Assembly (NCBI GenBank): GCA_964551875.1
Contig: CAZKEV010000006.1
Coordinates: forward strand, 1 to 63,383
Direction: 5' to 3'
DNA: 63,383 nt
Source: an uncultured Methanomicrobiales archaeon
GTDB taxonomy: Archaea > Halobacteriota > Methanomicrobia > Methanomicrobiales > JACTUA01
Under the pieces are notes generated by a model that did not search any database, was not told the origin of the DNA, and was given only the letters and a program-made list of their open reading frames with translations. This document shows positions 38,054 through 47,608 of this stretch, one piece after another; position 1 is the stretch's first letter; the number at the start of each line of letters is the position of its first letter. The translations under genes were made by a program, and so were the position numbers.

Positions 38054-38886
38054 AGGGTCATTCTCCTGCTAGAAAGGAAACAGCCGGCGGTAGCGAAGAG
38101 CGCGATGACTCCTCCCACGGGATCGAGGGGGGCCTTCGCCGTGGGGGAAGCTGCCGGGGCAGCAGCAGCGCCGGGATCGGGGATGATCTTCAGGTCAGAG
38201 ACGTACATCACCGAGAGGCCGGTCGTGGTGGGGTACTTCTCCTCCCCCTGGCGGTAGTAGTACCAGAATCTCTCCGCGGCCGACTTGTGCCAGTCCCCGA
38301 CCCCGAAGGCATGGATGCCCCAGGGGTTCGTGGAGGTATCGGCAAAGAAGATGATCCGCATCCCTTCCCGGTACTCGGGCACGTACCCATCGCCTGCCTT
38401 CCACCAGGTGAGCACGATGGGGCCCTGCCGCGAAGGGGGGGAGTAGACGTTCTCATACCCGAAATCCTTCGTAAACCTATCCTCGGCGAGGACCCGCACC
38501 ATCTCCCCCGGTCCCATGCCCCCGACCAGGTCGCAGAGGTCCCTGAGATCGGTCCCCTTCACCGCCCCCATCTCCTTCTCCTGCACGTTTGTATCCTCGG
38601 CGGGATTCCACCGGAGCTCCTGCTCCTTCGCGGGATCTGGATCGTCAACAAAGACCGGACCCTGATGGTAGTAGCGGGTCACTCCGTCGCCGTATACAGG
38701 AAGGTTCGCCTCCATCCAGGCAAGAGTGACGGTGGTCTCATTCGCCACGGTTCTTCCGTCAGGGCCGGTCTTCACGATATGCAGGGATGTGGTGGCAGCG
38801 GATGCGGGAGAAAACAGGCAGGCGAGAGCCAGCCCAATCACGAGGATAAGGACATACAGCCGAATGACCTGGATTCGGGACGACAT
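38050..38886 (-). CDS. Stand-alone long SUOX-like domain protein with a C-terminal sorting-like anchor
   Basis: YYHQGPVF, KGTDLRDLCDLVGGM, TNPWGIHAFG, PTTTGLSV; ends KAPL, TM, RR. Confidence 0.86.
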   Translation of the reverse strand: MSSRIQVIRLYVLILVIGLALACLFSPASAATTSLHIVKTGPDGRTVANETTVTLAWMEANLPVYGDGVTRYYHQGPVFVDDPDPAKEQELRWNPAEDTNVQEKEMGAVKGTDLRDLCDLVGGMGPGEMVRVLAEDRFTKDFGYENVYSPPSRQGPIVLTWWKAGDGYVPEYREGMRIIFFADTSTNPWGIHAFGVGDWHKSAAERFWYYYRQGEEKYPTTTGLSVMYVSDLKIIPDPGAAAAPAASPTAKAPLDPVGGVIALFATAGCFLSSRRMTL

Positions 38887-39080
38887 TGCTCCTCCCGGAT
38901 TCTGGGATGATAGTAAATAAAGTTGATGGAATGATGCGGATTAAATACATTAGGTTAACCAGCACTCCTTTCCCCTTGTTCGAAGAGGTCGATGCCACTC
39001 TTTTTATCCTCTCCTCCACAACCAGAGAGTAGCGAGGGAACGTTCCTGGTGAATCGCACGCTGGGGCCAGGGGAATAGCC

Positions 39081-40715
39081 TTGAAGTTCATCGAGTTCTC
39101 GGAGATCTGTGAACGGCTGGAGGCGATCCCGGGGAGGCTCGAGATGATCGACGTCCTCGCCAGGGATCTGCCAGGGCTCGATGACCGGGAGCTCCCCATC
39201 TTCGTCCGGTTCATCATGGGAAGGATCTTCCCCGACTGGTCCCCTTTCAAGCTCGGGATCGGGCCGAACCTCCTCTACGAGGCGATCGCCTACGTTGCCG
39301 GCAGGAAGAAGGAAGCCATCGTCTCCGCCGTCTCGGCCGAGGGTGATGCAGGGAAGGCGTTGGAGAAGCTCCTTGAAGAGAAGGAGCAGACCTCGTTCTT
39401 CGCCGAGGAGCTGACCATTGGCGATGTGTACCGGGAGTGCGAGGCCATCGCCACCTCCGAGGGGAAGAAATCGCAGCGCGAGAAGCTTCTGGCGGTGCGG
39501 AAGCTCTTTGCGAACGCAAAACCGCTGGAGGGCAGGTACCTGGCACGGCTCATCCTGGGGGAGCTCAGGATCGGTATCGGCGAAGGGAACGTAAGGGAAG
39601 CCGTCGCGAAGGCCTTCTCCCTGGACCCGGCCCTCGTCGACCATGCCTACCAGGCTATGAATGATCTGGGGGAGGTGGCACGCCTCGCACGCCAGGGGGA
39701 GAAGGCCCTCTCCGCGGTCCATATCGAGGTCTTCAGGCCGATCAAGATGATGCTCGCACAGCAGGGGTCGATCGCTGACATGGTCGGAGAGCACGGGAAT
39801 GTGGCCGCAGAGTACAAGTATGACGGGACACGGATCCAGTTCCACAAGAGAGGGGGCGAGGTCCGGATCTACTCCCGGAAGCTGGAGGAGGTGACGAACG
39901 CCCTTCCCGATATTATCATGAAGCTCACCGCCGCTACCTCCCGCGATGTGATCCTTGACGGGGAGGCTGTCGCCACGAAGGACGGGAGGCCGATGCCCTT
40001 CCAGTTCGTGCTGAGGAGGTTCCGGCGGAAGTACGACATCGAGGCCCATGCCGAGAAGATCGAGCTCGTTCCCTACATCTTTGACATCCTCTCGCTGGAC
40101 GGGGAGACCCTGATCGACCTCCCGTTCTCTCTCCGCAGGAAGAGGCTCGAGGAGGCCCTCACCAGCCACGTGGCACCGCAGAAGGTGAGCGATGACCCGG
40201 GCGCCCTCGGGGAGTTCTACAACGCTGCCCTCGATGCGGGCCACGAGGGGATCATGGTGAAGGACCTCGGCTCCCTCTACCAGCCCGGGGTCAGGGGCAA
40301 GCACTGGATAAAAGTGAAGCCCGAGGTGGATACCCTGGACCTCGCCGTCATCGGGGGCGAATGGGGCGAGGGGAGGCGGGCGCACTTCTTCGGCTCCTTC
40401 CTCCTTGCCTGCCAGGACCGGGGCCAGCTCCTCGCTGTCGGGAAGGTGGCGACCGGCATCTCCGACGAGATGCTCGCCACGATCTACGAGACTATGAAGG
40501 ATCTTGTCATCTCCCGTTCGGGAAAAGAGGTGACCTTCGAGCCCCAGGTGGTCTTCGAGGTCGGCTACTCGGAGATCCAGACCTCCCCGAATTATGCGAG
40601 CGGGTTTGCCCTCCGGTTCCCCCGCTTCATCCGGATCAGGGACGACAAGGGCGTGGACGAGATCGAGACCCTCGAATCTATCAGGTCACGCTTTCAGCGC
40701 CAATCGCAGTCCTGA
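39081..40715 (+). CDS. lig: ATP-dependent DNA ligase
   Basis: EYKYDG, ILDGEAV, FDIL, EGIMVK, WIKVK, LRFPRF; TTG start. Confidence 0.97.
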   Translation: MKFIEFSEICERLEAIPGRLEMIDVLARDLPGLDDRELPIFVRFIMGRIFPDWSPFKLGIGPNLLYEAIAYVAGRKKEAIVSAVSAEGDAGKALEKLLEEKEQTSFFAEELTIGDVYRECEAIATSEGKKSQREKLLAVRKLFANAKPLEGRYLARLILGELRIGIGEGNVREAVAKAFSLDPALVDHAYQAMNDLGEVARLARQGEKALSAVHIEVFRPIKMMLAQQGSIADMVGEHGNVAAEYKYDGTRIQFHKRGGEVRIYSRKLEEVTNALPDIIMKLTAATSRDVILDGEAVATKDGRPMPFQFVLRRFRRKYDIEAHAEKIELVPYIFDILSLDGETLIDLPFSLRRKRLEEALTSHVAPQKVSDDPGALGEFYNAALDAGHEGIMVKDLGSLYQPGVRGKHWIKVKPEVDTLDLAVIGGEWGEGRRAHFFGSFLLACQDRGQLLAVGKVATGISDEMLATIYETMKDLVISRSGKEVTFEPQVVFEVGYSEIQTSPNYASGFALRFPRFIRIRDDKGVDEIETLESIRSRFQRQSQS

Positions 40716-41520
40716 TGACCCAGTACCTCTTCCTCTCCTCGTCCCCCTCGACGTAGGCATAATACTGGGAGAAGAGGCCGTCGATCTTCTGGAAGACCAC
40801 CTCGCCGCTGAAGTCGGTGTACCGGGTGTACACCTTTGCTCCCTCTTTGTGCTTCAGGACGACCTTGACATCGGGAGATGCCTGGTTTGTAAGCCGGTTG
40901 ATCACCTTGAAGGTGACGGTGGGCGCGAGAGGCTCCTGGCCCCTCTTCATCACCTCCCTGAAGGTGGTGGTCCCGCTGGGCTTGATGATCTCGTAGAAGG
41001 AGCTCTTGGGGAGCTTCACGACGAGCAGGATGCCGAGGATGATGAAGATCCCGCCCCCCACGAGGAGCACCCCGAGGAGGATATTCTGCAGATGGCCTGT
41101 GTAGTCAACCGATCCAAATATCGTGTCCAGGACAGGCTGGATATAATACTGGATCTCATTCGCTACAGGAACCGCCCATTCCGGAGCCCAGCCATAATTC
41201 CTGTCGTTGATCGCAGTCCCCCAGGCAAGGACGCTGACTGCAGCGAGGAGTACGATTCCTATCGCTATGAGAACCAGGGCAAGGATGACCCCGAAAACCG
41301 TGGCCCCGAACTCGATGAATCCAAACCTCCGTTTCAGGATCCGGTTGAGGATGGAGAAGAGGAGGAAGAGGAGGAGGATGCCCCCGATGATGGGGAGGTA
41401 ATATGCATAGATCAATCCCATGAATTGAGCGCTTTCTGTCTGCAGGCCTGGTGTTCCCTGGGCAGACGCAACCGCTGCCATGATCGGCAGGAAGAGGGCG
41501 AGAAAGCGGTATCGCTCCAT
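40681..41520 (-). CDS. Hypothetical membrane protein (multiple TM helices plus a C-terminal Ig-like domain)
   Basis: Several hydrophobic segments; C-terminal [13 protein letters not shown]; start moved to MERYRF. Confidence 0.75.
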   Translation of the reverse strand: MERYRFLALFLPIMAAVASAQGTPGLQTESAQFMGLIYAYYLPIIGGILLLFLLFSILNRILKRRFGFIEFGATVFGVILALVLIAIGIVLLAAVSVLAWGTAINDRNYGWAPEWAVPVANEIQYYIQPVLDTIFGSVDYTGHLQNILLGVLLVGGGIFIILGILLVVKLPKSSFYEIIKPSGTTTFREVMKRGQEPLAPTVTFKVINRLTNQASPDVKVVLKHKEGAKVYTRYTDFSGEVVFQKIDGLFSQYYAYVEGDEERKRYWVIRTAIGAESVT

Positions 41521-41652
41521 AATATGACTTTCCCTGCCAAGGTAGATAAGGTTCATCATCATCCCCCGTTAAAAACCAGCCGGGCCTTCCAGAACAGGAT
41601 TCCTAGCGGGAACGGGCTGTGAAGAGGCTAAGCCTTGCACTCTCCCCACCAG

Positions 41653-42717
41653 TCACCGGGCCCCTGGAGACGGGTGGATGACCCTGCAGCGGGCCCCCAG
41701 GAAGGCAAGGGCACGGGCGACCCAGTCGCTCCAGGCGACCGGCCCTTCGCAGGCAATCGCTGCCAGTTCCCGCCCGACCTCATCGTCCCTTCCCTCGAGG
41801 ACCTCGACGACCACGGACCCCGGGGAGAAGCCGGCCGCTAGAAGGCCGTCCATGTCCCCGTCCACGACCCCGAAGACCGGAATACCACGGTGGGCACAGA
41901 TGTGGCCGCATATTGCTGTGGTATCATCGCCGATGGCAAGGATACCGCACGTATCAGGGGTAATGTACCGGTAGAGATCGTGGCCGCAGTGGTCGATGAC
42001 GATGATCCTCCCTTCACCAGGGGCCGTTCCACCCTTTCGCGGGGGCGCAATTCTCACGGAACCGCTCTTGCACCAGGCCCTGGAAAGGTCGATCCCCCCC
42101 ATTCTCGCGAGCTTCTCCAGGCCATGGGCCTTGGGCCTGAGGCCGGATATGGCTTCGATACCGCCATCCCTTGACCGGATTACGACTTTCTCTGCGAGAG
42201 CCGTGCCGATGACAATCCCCTGGACCTGGACTGCTTCACCGGGGAGGCAGCCCCGGATCTCCCGGTGCATACCCCCCTGTCCCGGGCCCGATGCTGCCTC
42301 TGTAAGGGAGTATCCAGTCTCCCTCGCAAGGAGGCGGGCGAAATCCCGGTCCCCTCCGTTCCAGAGGTACACGGTCCGGGAGGAGCATTCCAGCTGGACG
42401 AGTGGTTGGCCAGGGGGCAGGTGCGAGGCGACAATCTCCCCGAAGATCCTCCCCGACTCGGGGGTCTTCCCATGGTTCACCAGGAACCCCTCCCCCCCTG
42501 TCCTCCTGAGAACAGAGCTCGGCGGGTCGCCATCGAAGGTGACCGGGAGGTCCGACTCCTCGGCAGCGGTCCTTGCCATGACCCCGGCAACAACGGTCTT
42601 TCCCGGAGAGAGGAGGCCCTGGAGCCAGGCAACGTCCCCGCGGTCAAAAGCCTCCGGGCCATGTACTACCATGACTGTATCTGCGAACCGCCCGTGATGC
42701 CGGTCTTTCCGTTTCAT
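41653..42717 (-). CDS. DUF2117 family protein
   Basis: VVHGPE, AGVMARTAAEE, LVNHGKT, GDDTTAICGHI, GVVDGD. Confidence 0.8.
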   Translation of the reverse strand: MKRKDRHHGRFADTVMVVHGPEAFDRGDVAWLQGLLSPGKTVVAGVMARTAAEESDLPVTFDGDPPSSVLRRTGGEGFLVNHGKTPESGRIFGEIVASHLPPGQPLVQLECSSRTVYLWNGGDRDFARLLARETGYSLTEAASGPGQGGMHREIRGCLPGEAVQVQGIVIGTALAEKVVIRSRDGGIEAISGLRPKAHGLEKLARMGGIDLSRAWCKSGSVRIAPPRKGGTAPGEGRIIVIDHCGHDLYRYITPDTCGILAIGDDTTAICGHICAHRGIPVFGVVDGDMDGLLAAGFSPGSVVVEVLEGRDDEVGRELAAIACEGPVAWSDWVARALAFLGARCRVIHPSPGAR

Positions 42718-42750
42718 GGACCCTTGCTTTCGGGGCATTCCGGTCCCACC

Positions 42751-42996
42751 CTATCCCTTGTTCCCGGTCATATCCAGCATCTCTTCAGCAACGGACACGA
42801 GCCGGAGCCACATGTTGAGGGCTGCCCTGAGAGCCGGTATGTCATCAGCAGAGACCGATATGACCAGGAGATCATCCCCCTCGAGGGTGACCCCGACCTC
42901 GGTCCTTGGGTTGATCTCCCCGATCTCGGGGGTGAGAGAGCGGTAGATCTCCGGGGCCCGGGCGGACCGGCATGAGAAGACCGCCGTGTGCTTCAC
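42751..42996 (-). CDS. pcc1: KEOPS complex subunit Pcc1
   Basis: IYRSLTPE...ADDIPALRAALNMWLRLV; expected position in the superoperon. Confidence 0.88.
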   Translation of the reverse strand: MKHTAVFSCRSARAPEIYRSLTPEIGEINPRTEVGVTLEGDDLLVISVSADDIPALRAALNMWLRLVSVAEEMLDMTGNKG

Positions 42997-43391
42997 GATC
43001 CGACCTCGAGAGAGACACGCCTGCCCTGGGTCCCATCCAGGACGAGGGTGTTCGGGAGACCTTCCTCCCGGCTGACGGGAAGATGGGGTGAGAGGCAGGA
43101 GAGGAGATCGGCATTGCCTGTGAAGAGGCCCCTCCTCAACGGGCCTGTCCGGGCCTCCTCCTTCACCGAGGCGAACCGCAGGCAGGCCGCCTCCCTCATC
43201 CCATCGAGGAGCTGCATCTGCACCCCATTCCTGTCCCTGCAGAGGATGAGCACCTTCGCGTCAGAGAAAGGGGGCCGCGAGAGCCCTCCCTTCCCGCGGG
43301 TGAGATACCTGCCGCCGGTGGCAAAAGCGATATCCCTCCCGATGCGGCGCACGAGGGGGTCGGCTCTCCTGGAGGTCGTGACCAGGATCAT
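42993..43391 (-). CDS. Brix-domain ribosome biogenesis protein
   Basis: MILVTTSRR...YLTRGK; lies between rpoP and pcc1. Confidence 0.8.
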   Translation of the reverse strand: MILVTTSRRADPLVRRIGRDIAFATGGRYLTRGKGGLSRPPFSDAKVLILCRDRNGVQMQLLDGMREAACLRFASVKEEARTGPLRRGLFTGNADLLSCLSPHLPVSREEGLPNTLVLDGTQGRRVSLEVGS

Positions 43392-43522
43392 CGGGCCTTG
43401 AGATCCTTGATCCCGGCCCCGCGTTCCTTGAAGAGGATGCGGTGCCCGCAGTAGGGGCACCTGACGTTCACGTCAATCTCGACCTTGTGCTTGCACCGGG
43501 CGCACTTGTAGACTCCGGGCAC
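43388..43522 (-). CDS. rpoP: RNA polymerase subunit P (Rpo12)
   Basis: YKCARC...[14 protein letters not shown]; GTG start at 43522. Confidence 0.93.
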   Translation of the reverse strand: MPGVYKCARCKHKVEIDVNVRCPYCGHRILFKERGAGIKDLKAR

Positions 43523-43527
43523 GGGGC

Positions 43528-43821
43528 CTACTCCTTCGGGGCCTGCGGCCGCTCGATCGAGCGCTGGGCGATCTTGAATGCCGGGGTCTGGGGGACGTAC
43601 GCCCCGCCGGCGAACTTGTAGCCGCACTTCCGGCACTCCCAGATGCCCGTCCCCTTCCTCTTCACCGCGACCTGGTCGCAGCTCGGGCAGGTATGGGTCG
43701 CCTTCGAGATGTCCTCGACCTCCACGACCCGCTTCCTGATGAACCTTCCGTACCGGCAGCCGAACCTGCCGGCGCTCCTTGATATCCGTCCCTTAGCCTT
43801 CTTCTGCCTGGTTGTGCTCAT
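43528..43821 (-). CDS. rpl37ae: 50S ribosomal protein L37ae (eL43)
   Basis: [31 protein letters not shown]. Confidence 0.96.
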   Translation of the reverse strand: MSTTRQKKAKGRISRSAGRFGCRYGRFIRKRVVEVEDISKATHTCPSCDQVAVKRKGTGIWECRKCGYKFAGGAYVPQTPAFKIAQRSIERPQAPKE

Positions 43822-43889
43822 CTGATCCTCCCCTGATATGTCCTTTTTACTTCGACCTCTCCCTTCATATACTTAATCGGGGATGGAGG

Positions 43890-44582
43890 TCAGAGCACCC
43901 GGAGCTGCCCGGCGCCCTTGGAGACCTTCCGTACAAGGCTCTCGAGCTCCTGCTGCATCCCGCCGGGTATCTTGACGACGCAGATCCAGGATCCGTCCTT
44001 CTGCCACTCTTCCTGCTCGATCCGGGCGAAGGCATCGATGTCCCCGTACGCCTTTGCCGCGTGCTCGGGAGGGATCCTCACCGCCACCCGGATCTCCTCG
44101 AACCGGATGGGGATGAGGGGGCGCAGGGCCTTCATGGTCTCGGCGACGAGGTCGTCCAGGGGCTTGAAGGGATCGATGGATACCTTCGCCTCCTCCATGG
44201 CCATCTCGATCCGCGCCGGGGGATGGGGGAGCCCCGTCTGGGGGTTGATGGCATGCCGGGCGATGAAGGTGATGACCTGCCCCCTCTTCTCTTCCATCAG
44301 GTGCTTACGCTGCTCGGAGGTGAGGTGGATCTCGCCCTTCTCGATGATACGCCTCGCTATGGTCTCGAAATCGGTGGTCTGGAAGACCTTCTGGAGGGAC
44401 TCGTCCGAGGACTTCTCAGCCCGGGAGGCGTTCTCGAAGACGAAGATGGCGGCTACTGCGTCCTCGATATCGATATCCTCGCCGTGCCGCACCTTCACGG
44501 CAAGGTCGGGGTCCACGAGGATCTCGAAGCGCTCCCCGTGGGTCTCCAGGCGGGCGACGACCGCCCGGTCCAGGGGGATCAT
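43890..44582 (-). CDS. Ribosome maturation factor SBDS/Sdo1
   Basis: GERFEILVD, GEIHLTSEQR, INPQTGLPHPP, IPGGMQ. Confidence 0.95.
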   Translation of the reverse strand: MIPLDRAVVARLETHGERFEILVDPDLAVKVRHGEDIDIEDAVAAIFVFENASRAEKSSDESLQKVFQTTDFETIARRIIEKGEIHLTSEQRKHLMEEKRGQVITFIARHAINPQTGLPHPPARIEMAMEEAKVSIDPFKPLDDLVAETMKALRPLIPIRFEEIRVAVRIPPEHAAKAYGDIDAFARIEQEEWQKDGSWICVVKIPGGMQQELESLVRKVSKGAGQLRVL

Positions 44583-45313
44583 GCGGCGCCGAAGTGCTCG
44601 AACTGCTCGACGAAGCCCGCGACCTCTTCCTTGGCCATCTTCCGGAAGGTGCGGGTCTTCTGCTCCACGATGCTGATCTCCACCGCGTTCACGTCGAACT
44701 TACCTTCGGTAGCGGCATGGAGCGCCTTGAGCCCGAGCAGGATGGCATCCTTGCAGCCGGCATCCGGATTGTACTCATCCTCGAAGACTTTCATCACCGC
44801 GGGCCTCCCGGTCCCGATGCCCGTGGCCTTGTACTCGAGGAGCGTCCCGCTCGGGTCGGTCTCGAAGAGGCGGGCGGTACCGTCCGAGATACCGGCGATG
44901 AGGAGGGCGGTCCCGTAGGGCCGTGCTCCCCCGAACATGGTATAGGTCTGCATGTGGTCGCAGAGCTTCTTCGCGAGCGTCTCCACGTCGATCGCCTCGT
45001 TGTAGGAGACCCGGTTGATCTGGCACTCGATCCGTGCCCGGTCCACGAGGGCCCGGGCGTCCCCGACGAGGCCGCTCGAGGCAACCCCTATGTGCTCGTC
45101 GATCTTGAAGATCTTCTCGATGGAGGAGGGCTCCAGGAGCCGGGTCGCCACCCTCTTGTCCACGATGAGGACCACCCCGTCGGTGCACTTGATCCCCACC
45201 GCGGTGGTCCCCCGCTTCACTGCCTCGCGGGCGTACTCGACCTGGTAGAGCCGCCCGTCAGGGGAGAAGACCGTGATGGCACGGTCATATCCCATCTGGT
45301 ACTGGGGTTGCAT
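44579..45313 (-). CDS. psmA: Proteasome alpha subunit
   Basis: GYDRAITVFSPDGRLYQVEYAREAV. Confidence 0.98.
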   Translation of the reverse strand: MQPQYQMGYDRAITVFSPDGRLYQVEYAREAVKRGTTAVGIKCTDGVVLIVDKRVATRLLEPSSIEKIFKIDEHIGVASSGLVGDARALVDRARIECQINRVSYNEAIDVETLAKKLCDHMQTYTMFGGARPYGTALLIAGISDGTARLFETDPSGTLLEYKATGIGTGRPAVMKVFEDEYNPDAGCKDAILLGLKALHAATEGKFDVNAVEISIVEQKTRTFRKMAKEEVAGFVEQFEHFGAA

Positions 45314-45789
45314 TACCTCACCTCTCCGTCTTCATCTGCGAAAAATAACATTTCCTGACCTTTAATTCCCTTTTCGATCAAATCAACCTTTTGACCCGAA
45401 TACGCCCTCGCAAGGAAGACCCGTCCCCCGATCCCGACCTTCCTCTCCCAGAGGAGCTCGGCCCGGGGGTACATGCGGCTCCTGATGGCGTGCAGGGTAC
45501 CGCTCGTCGTGATGGTCCTGAGGGCGATCCGCTCCCCCCCGACCCGGGTGATGGTGGAGACGGCGGTGATGAGCCGGTCCTCGGTCCCCCGGCGGCAGCG
45601 GATGATGGCGTGCCCCTCCCAGGCCATGACCGAGGGCGAGATCTCGGACGACACAATATCACCCCAGAGGGAGGTGCAGGCCTCAACAACAGCCGCGTAC
45701 ACCTCCCTCGGATCGGGCGCTATCCCCTCGGGCACGAACCTGACGAGGACATACCGCCGCCGCTCACGCTGGGAAGGGAGCTGGCTCAT
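45313..45789 (-). CDS. rnp2: RNase P protein Rpp14/Pop5
   Basis: LPSQRERRRYV, TSGTL; conserved superoperon position. Confidence 0.88.
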   Translation of the reverse strand: MSQLPSQRERRRYVLVRFVPEGIAPDPREVYAAVVEACTSLWGDIVSSEISPSVMAWEGHAIIRCRRGTEDRLITAVSTITRVGGERIALRTITTSGTLHAIRSRMYPRAELLWERKVGIGGRVFLARAYSGQKVDLIEKGIKGQEMLFFADEDGEVR

Positions 45790-46421
45790 CCCCGCACCAC
45801 CTGGACCGGGGATCTCCCGACGAGGATGGAATCGAGGGAGGAGAGGGCGCCCATCACCTCGCCCTCCTCCATGCCAAAGATGCGTGCGAGGAGGACGATG
45901 TCCCGCACCGACCGCTGGGCAAGGATGGAACGGGCATTGGAGGCAAGGGTGAAGGCGAAGTGGTACCGGCGGTGAAGCTGGAGCAGATCCCGGTACCGGG
46001 AGATGACCCGCTGGCGCTGGATACCCCTTTCCCCGACGAGGGGGGAGAGGTCGAGCTCCACGGCGACCCCCTTTGCCTCCGCCTCCCTTGCTGCGACATG
46101 GTTGAAGGCCCCCTTCGGAGACCGGTGGAGCCCCCTGAGGACCCGGACCCCCCGAAGGCCAATCACGGCCCGGTTGAACGCGAGATCCCCTGAGGTCACC
46201 ATCACCACACCCTCGCCCCGGGGAATACCCTGGAGCGCGGAGATCACCTCTTTTATCGAGGGAGCGGTGATGATGGTCCCCCTCAGCACGCCGGGAACAT
46301 CCCCGCTCCCGCCCGCTGCGACCACCTGATCAAACCCGAGCTCGCGGGCCTCAAGTGCCATCCGCCTGAGAGAGGAGTCCCCCTCGGGATAGGGGTGGAT
46401 GCACCCGTCGATGAGAGGCAT
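45786..46421 (-). CDS. rnp3: RNase P protein Rpp30
   Basis: FNHVAAREA...VAVELDL, LASNARS, RSVRD. Confidence 0.88.
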   Translation of the reverse strand: MPLIDGCIHPYPEGDSSLRRMALEARELGFDQVVAAGGSGDVPGVLRGTIITAPSIKEVISALQGIPRGEGVVMVTSGDLAFNRAVIGLRGVRVLRGLHRSPKGAFNHVAAREAEAKGVAVELDLSPLVGERGIQRQRVISRYRDLLQLHRRYHFAFTLASNARSILAQRSVRDIVLLARIFGMEEGEVMGALSSLDSILVGRSPVQVVRG

Positions 46422-46443
46422 GCCTGATCGAAAAAGAGGGGGA

Positions 46444-47034
46444 TTACTTCCCGCGGTTCGCGTGGGAGCGGATGCTCGGCCGGTTCTTCTCGGTGCCGAT
46501 GCCCCTCCGCCTCATGCCGCGCCCCTTCCGCCCTGCGCTCGTCAGGCCCCGCTCAGCCCGCCCCCGGTGTCCCCGCTCCGCGACCCAGGAGAGATGCGGG
46601 TCGGTCCGGATAGCGGGGTGATGCCCATCCACCAGGATCACTTCGTACCAGCGGTGCCGGCCATCCTCCCCTACCCAGTAGGAGTTGAGGACCTCCATGT
46701 TGGGGAACTTCCTCGACGCCCGCTCCTCCGCGATCCGCTGGAGGCTCTTCGCCGGGGTCTTCTTCCTGACCCCCATGTGCGCCGTCCGCCGGCCGCGGAC
46801 ATACCGGCTCGCCCGCCGGCCGCCGCGGTGGACCTTCACCCTCGCAACAGCAATGCCCTGCTTGGCCTTGTAGCCGAGGGCATGCGCGCGGTCTATCCTG
46901 GTGGGGCGGTCCACCCGGACGACGGTCCCCTCAACTCTCCATACCTGCATCCGCTCCCAGAGGAGGTCCGCGACGCCGGATTCCTCGGCGTGCTTCCATG
47001 CCTCCCGCACGTATGCGTACATCGATCGTACCAT
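46444..47034 (-). CDS. rpl15e: 50S ribosomal protein L15e
   Basis: [36 protein letters not shown]. Confidence 0.97.
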   Translation of the reverse strand: MVRSMYAYVREAWKHAEESGVADLLWERMQVWRVEGTVVRVDRPTRIDRAHALGYKAKQGIAVARVKVHRGGRRASRYVRGRRTAHMGVRKKTPAKSLQRIAEERASRKFPNMEVLNSYWVGEDGRHRWYEVILVDGHHPAIRTDPHLSWVAERGHRGRAERGLTSAGRKGRGMRRRGIGTEKNRPSIRSHANRGK

Positions 47035-47140
47035 GGAACATTCACCTCAAGGTTCAGCCTGTTTCAGGCCACATTCCTTTCCAACGGGACGCATCCCGTG
47101 GTTCTATATAGGTCGGTCGTGGATGATATAAAAGGCTCTG

Positions 47141-47608
47141 TCACTCCCCCTTCCTCTTCTCGAGGACCCGGATCCCGTCGATCCCTGTCTCCGGGTACTG
47201 CCCGGCTGTGTCCTTTTCTGCCGACTTTACCATGTCCCAGATGGTGAGGAGGGCGACTGAAACGCCGGTCAGGGCCTCCATCTCCACTCCGGTCGGTCCC
47301 CGGGAACGGACCCGGACCGTTGCCCGGATGAATCCTTCGCCGTCGCTGAAGTCGACTTCAATCCCCGAGAGGGGGATGGGGTGGCAGAGAGGGATGATGC
47401 GCGGGGTCTCCTTCACCGCGAGGATCGCAGCCACCCGCGCGGTCGCGAGAACATTTCCCTTCACCAGGGTCCCCACCCTTATCGCACTGAGGGTTGCTTC
47501 GCGGAGGCGGATCCTCCCTTCGGCAACGGCCTCCCGTGCAACATCGTCCTTCTCCGAGATATCCACCATCTGCACCCTGTCTCCCTTGATATGGGTGAAC
47601 TCAGCCAT
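47141..47608 (-). CDS. moaC: Cyclic pyranopterin monophosphate synthase
   Basis: MVDISEK, KGNVLATARVAAI, IPLCHP, TGVEMEALTGV, IWDMVKS. Confidence 0.96.
   Translation of the reverse strand: MAEFTHIKGDRVQMVDISEKDDVAREAVAEGRIRLREATLSAIRVGTLVKGNVLATARVAAILAVKETPRIIPLCHPIPLSGIEVDFSDGEGFIRATVRVRSRGPTGVEMEALTGVSVALLTIWDMVKSAEKDTAGQYPETGIDGIRVLEKRKGE

Noticed and set aside
4207-38886. Island as a mobile element (prophage, transposon or ICE)
   Set aside because: No integrase, transposase, terminal repeats or phage genes; most coding DNA resembles the host in GC.
10442-38886. Selenocysteine or pyrrolysine read-through in the SUOX-like genes
   Set aside because: The ORFs are uninterrupted and their stops coincide with natural domain ends or overlapping starts.
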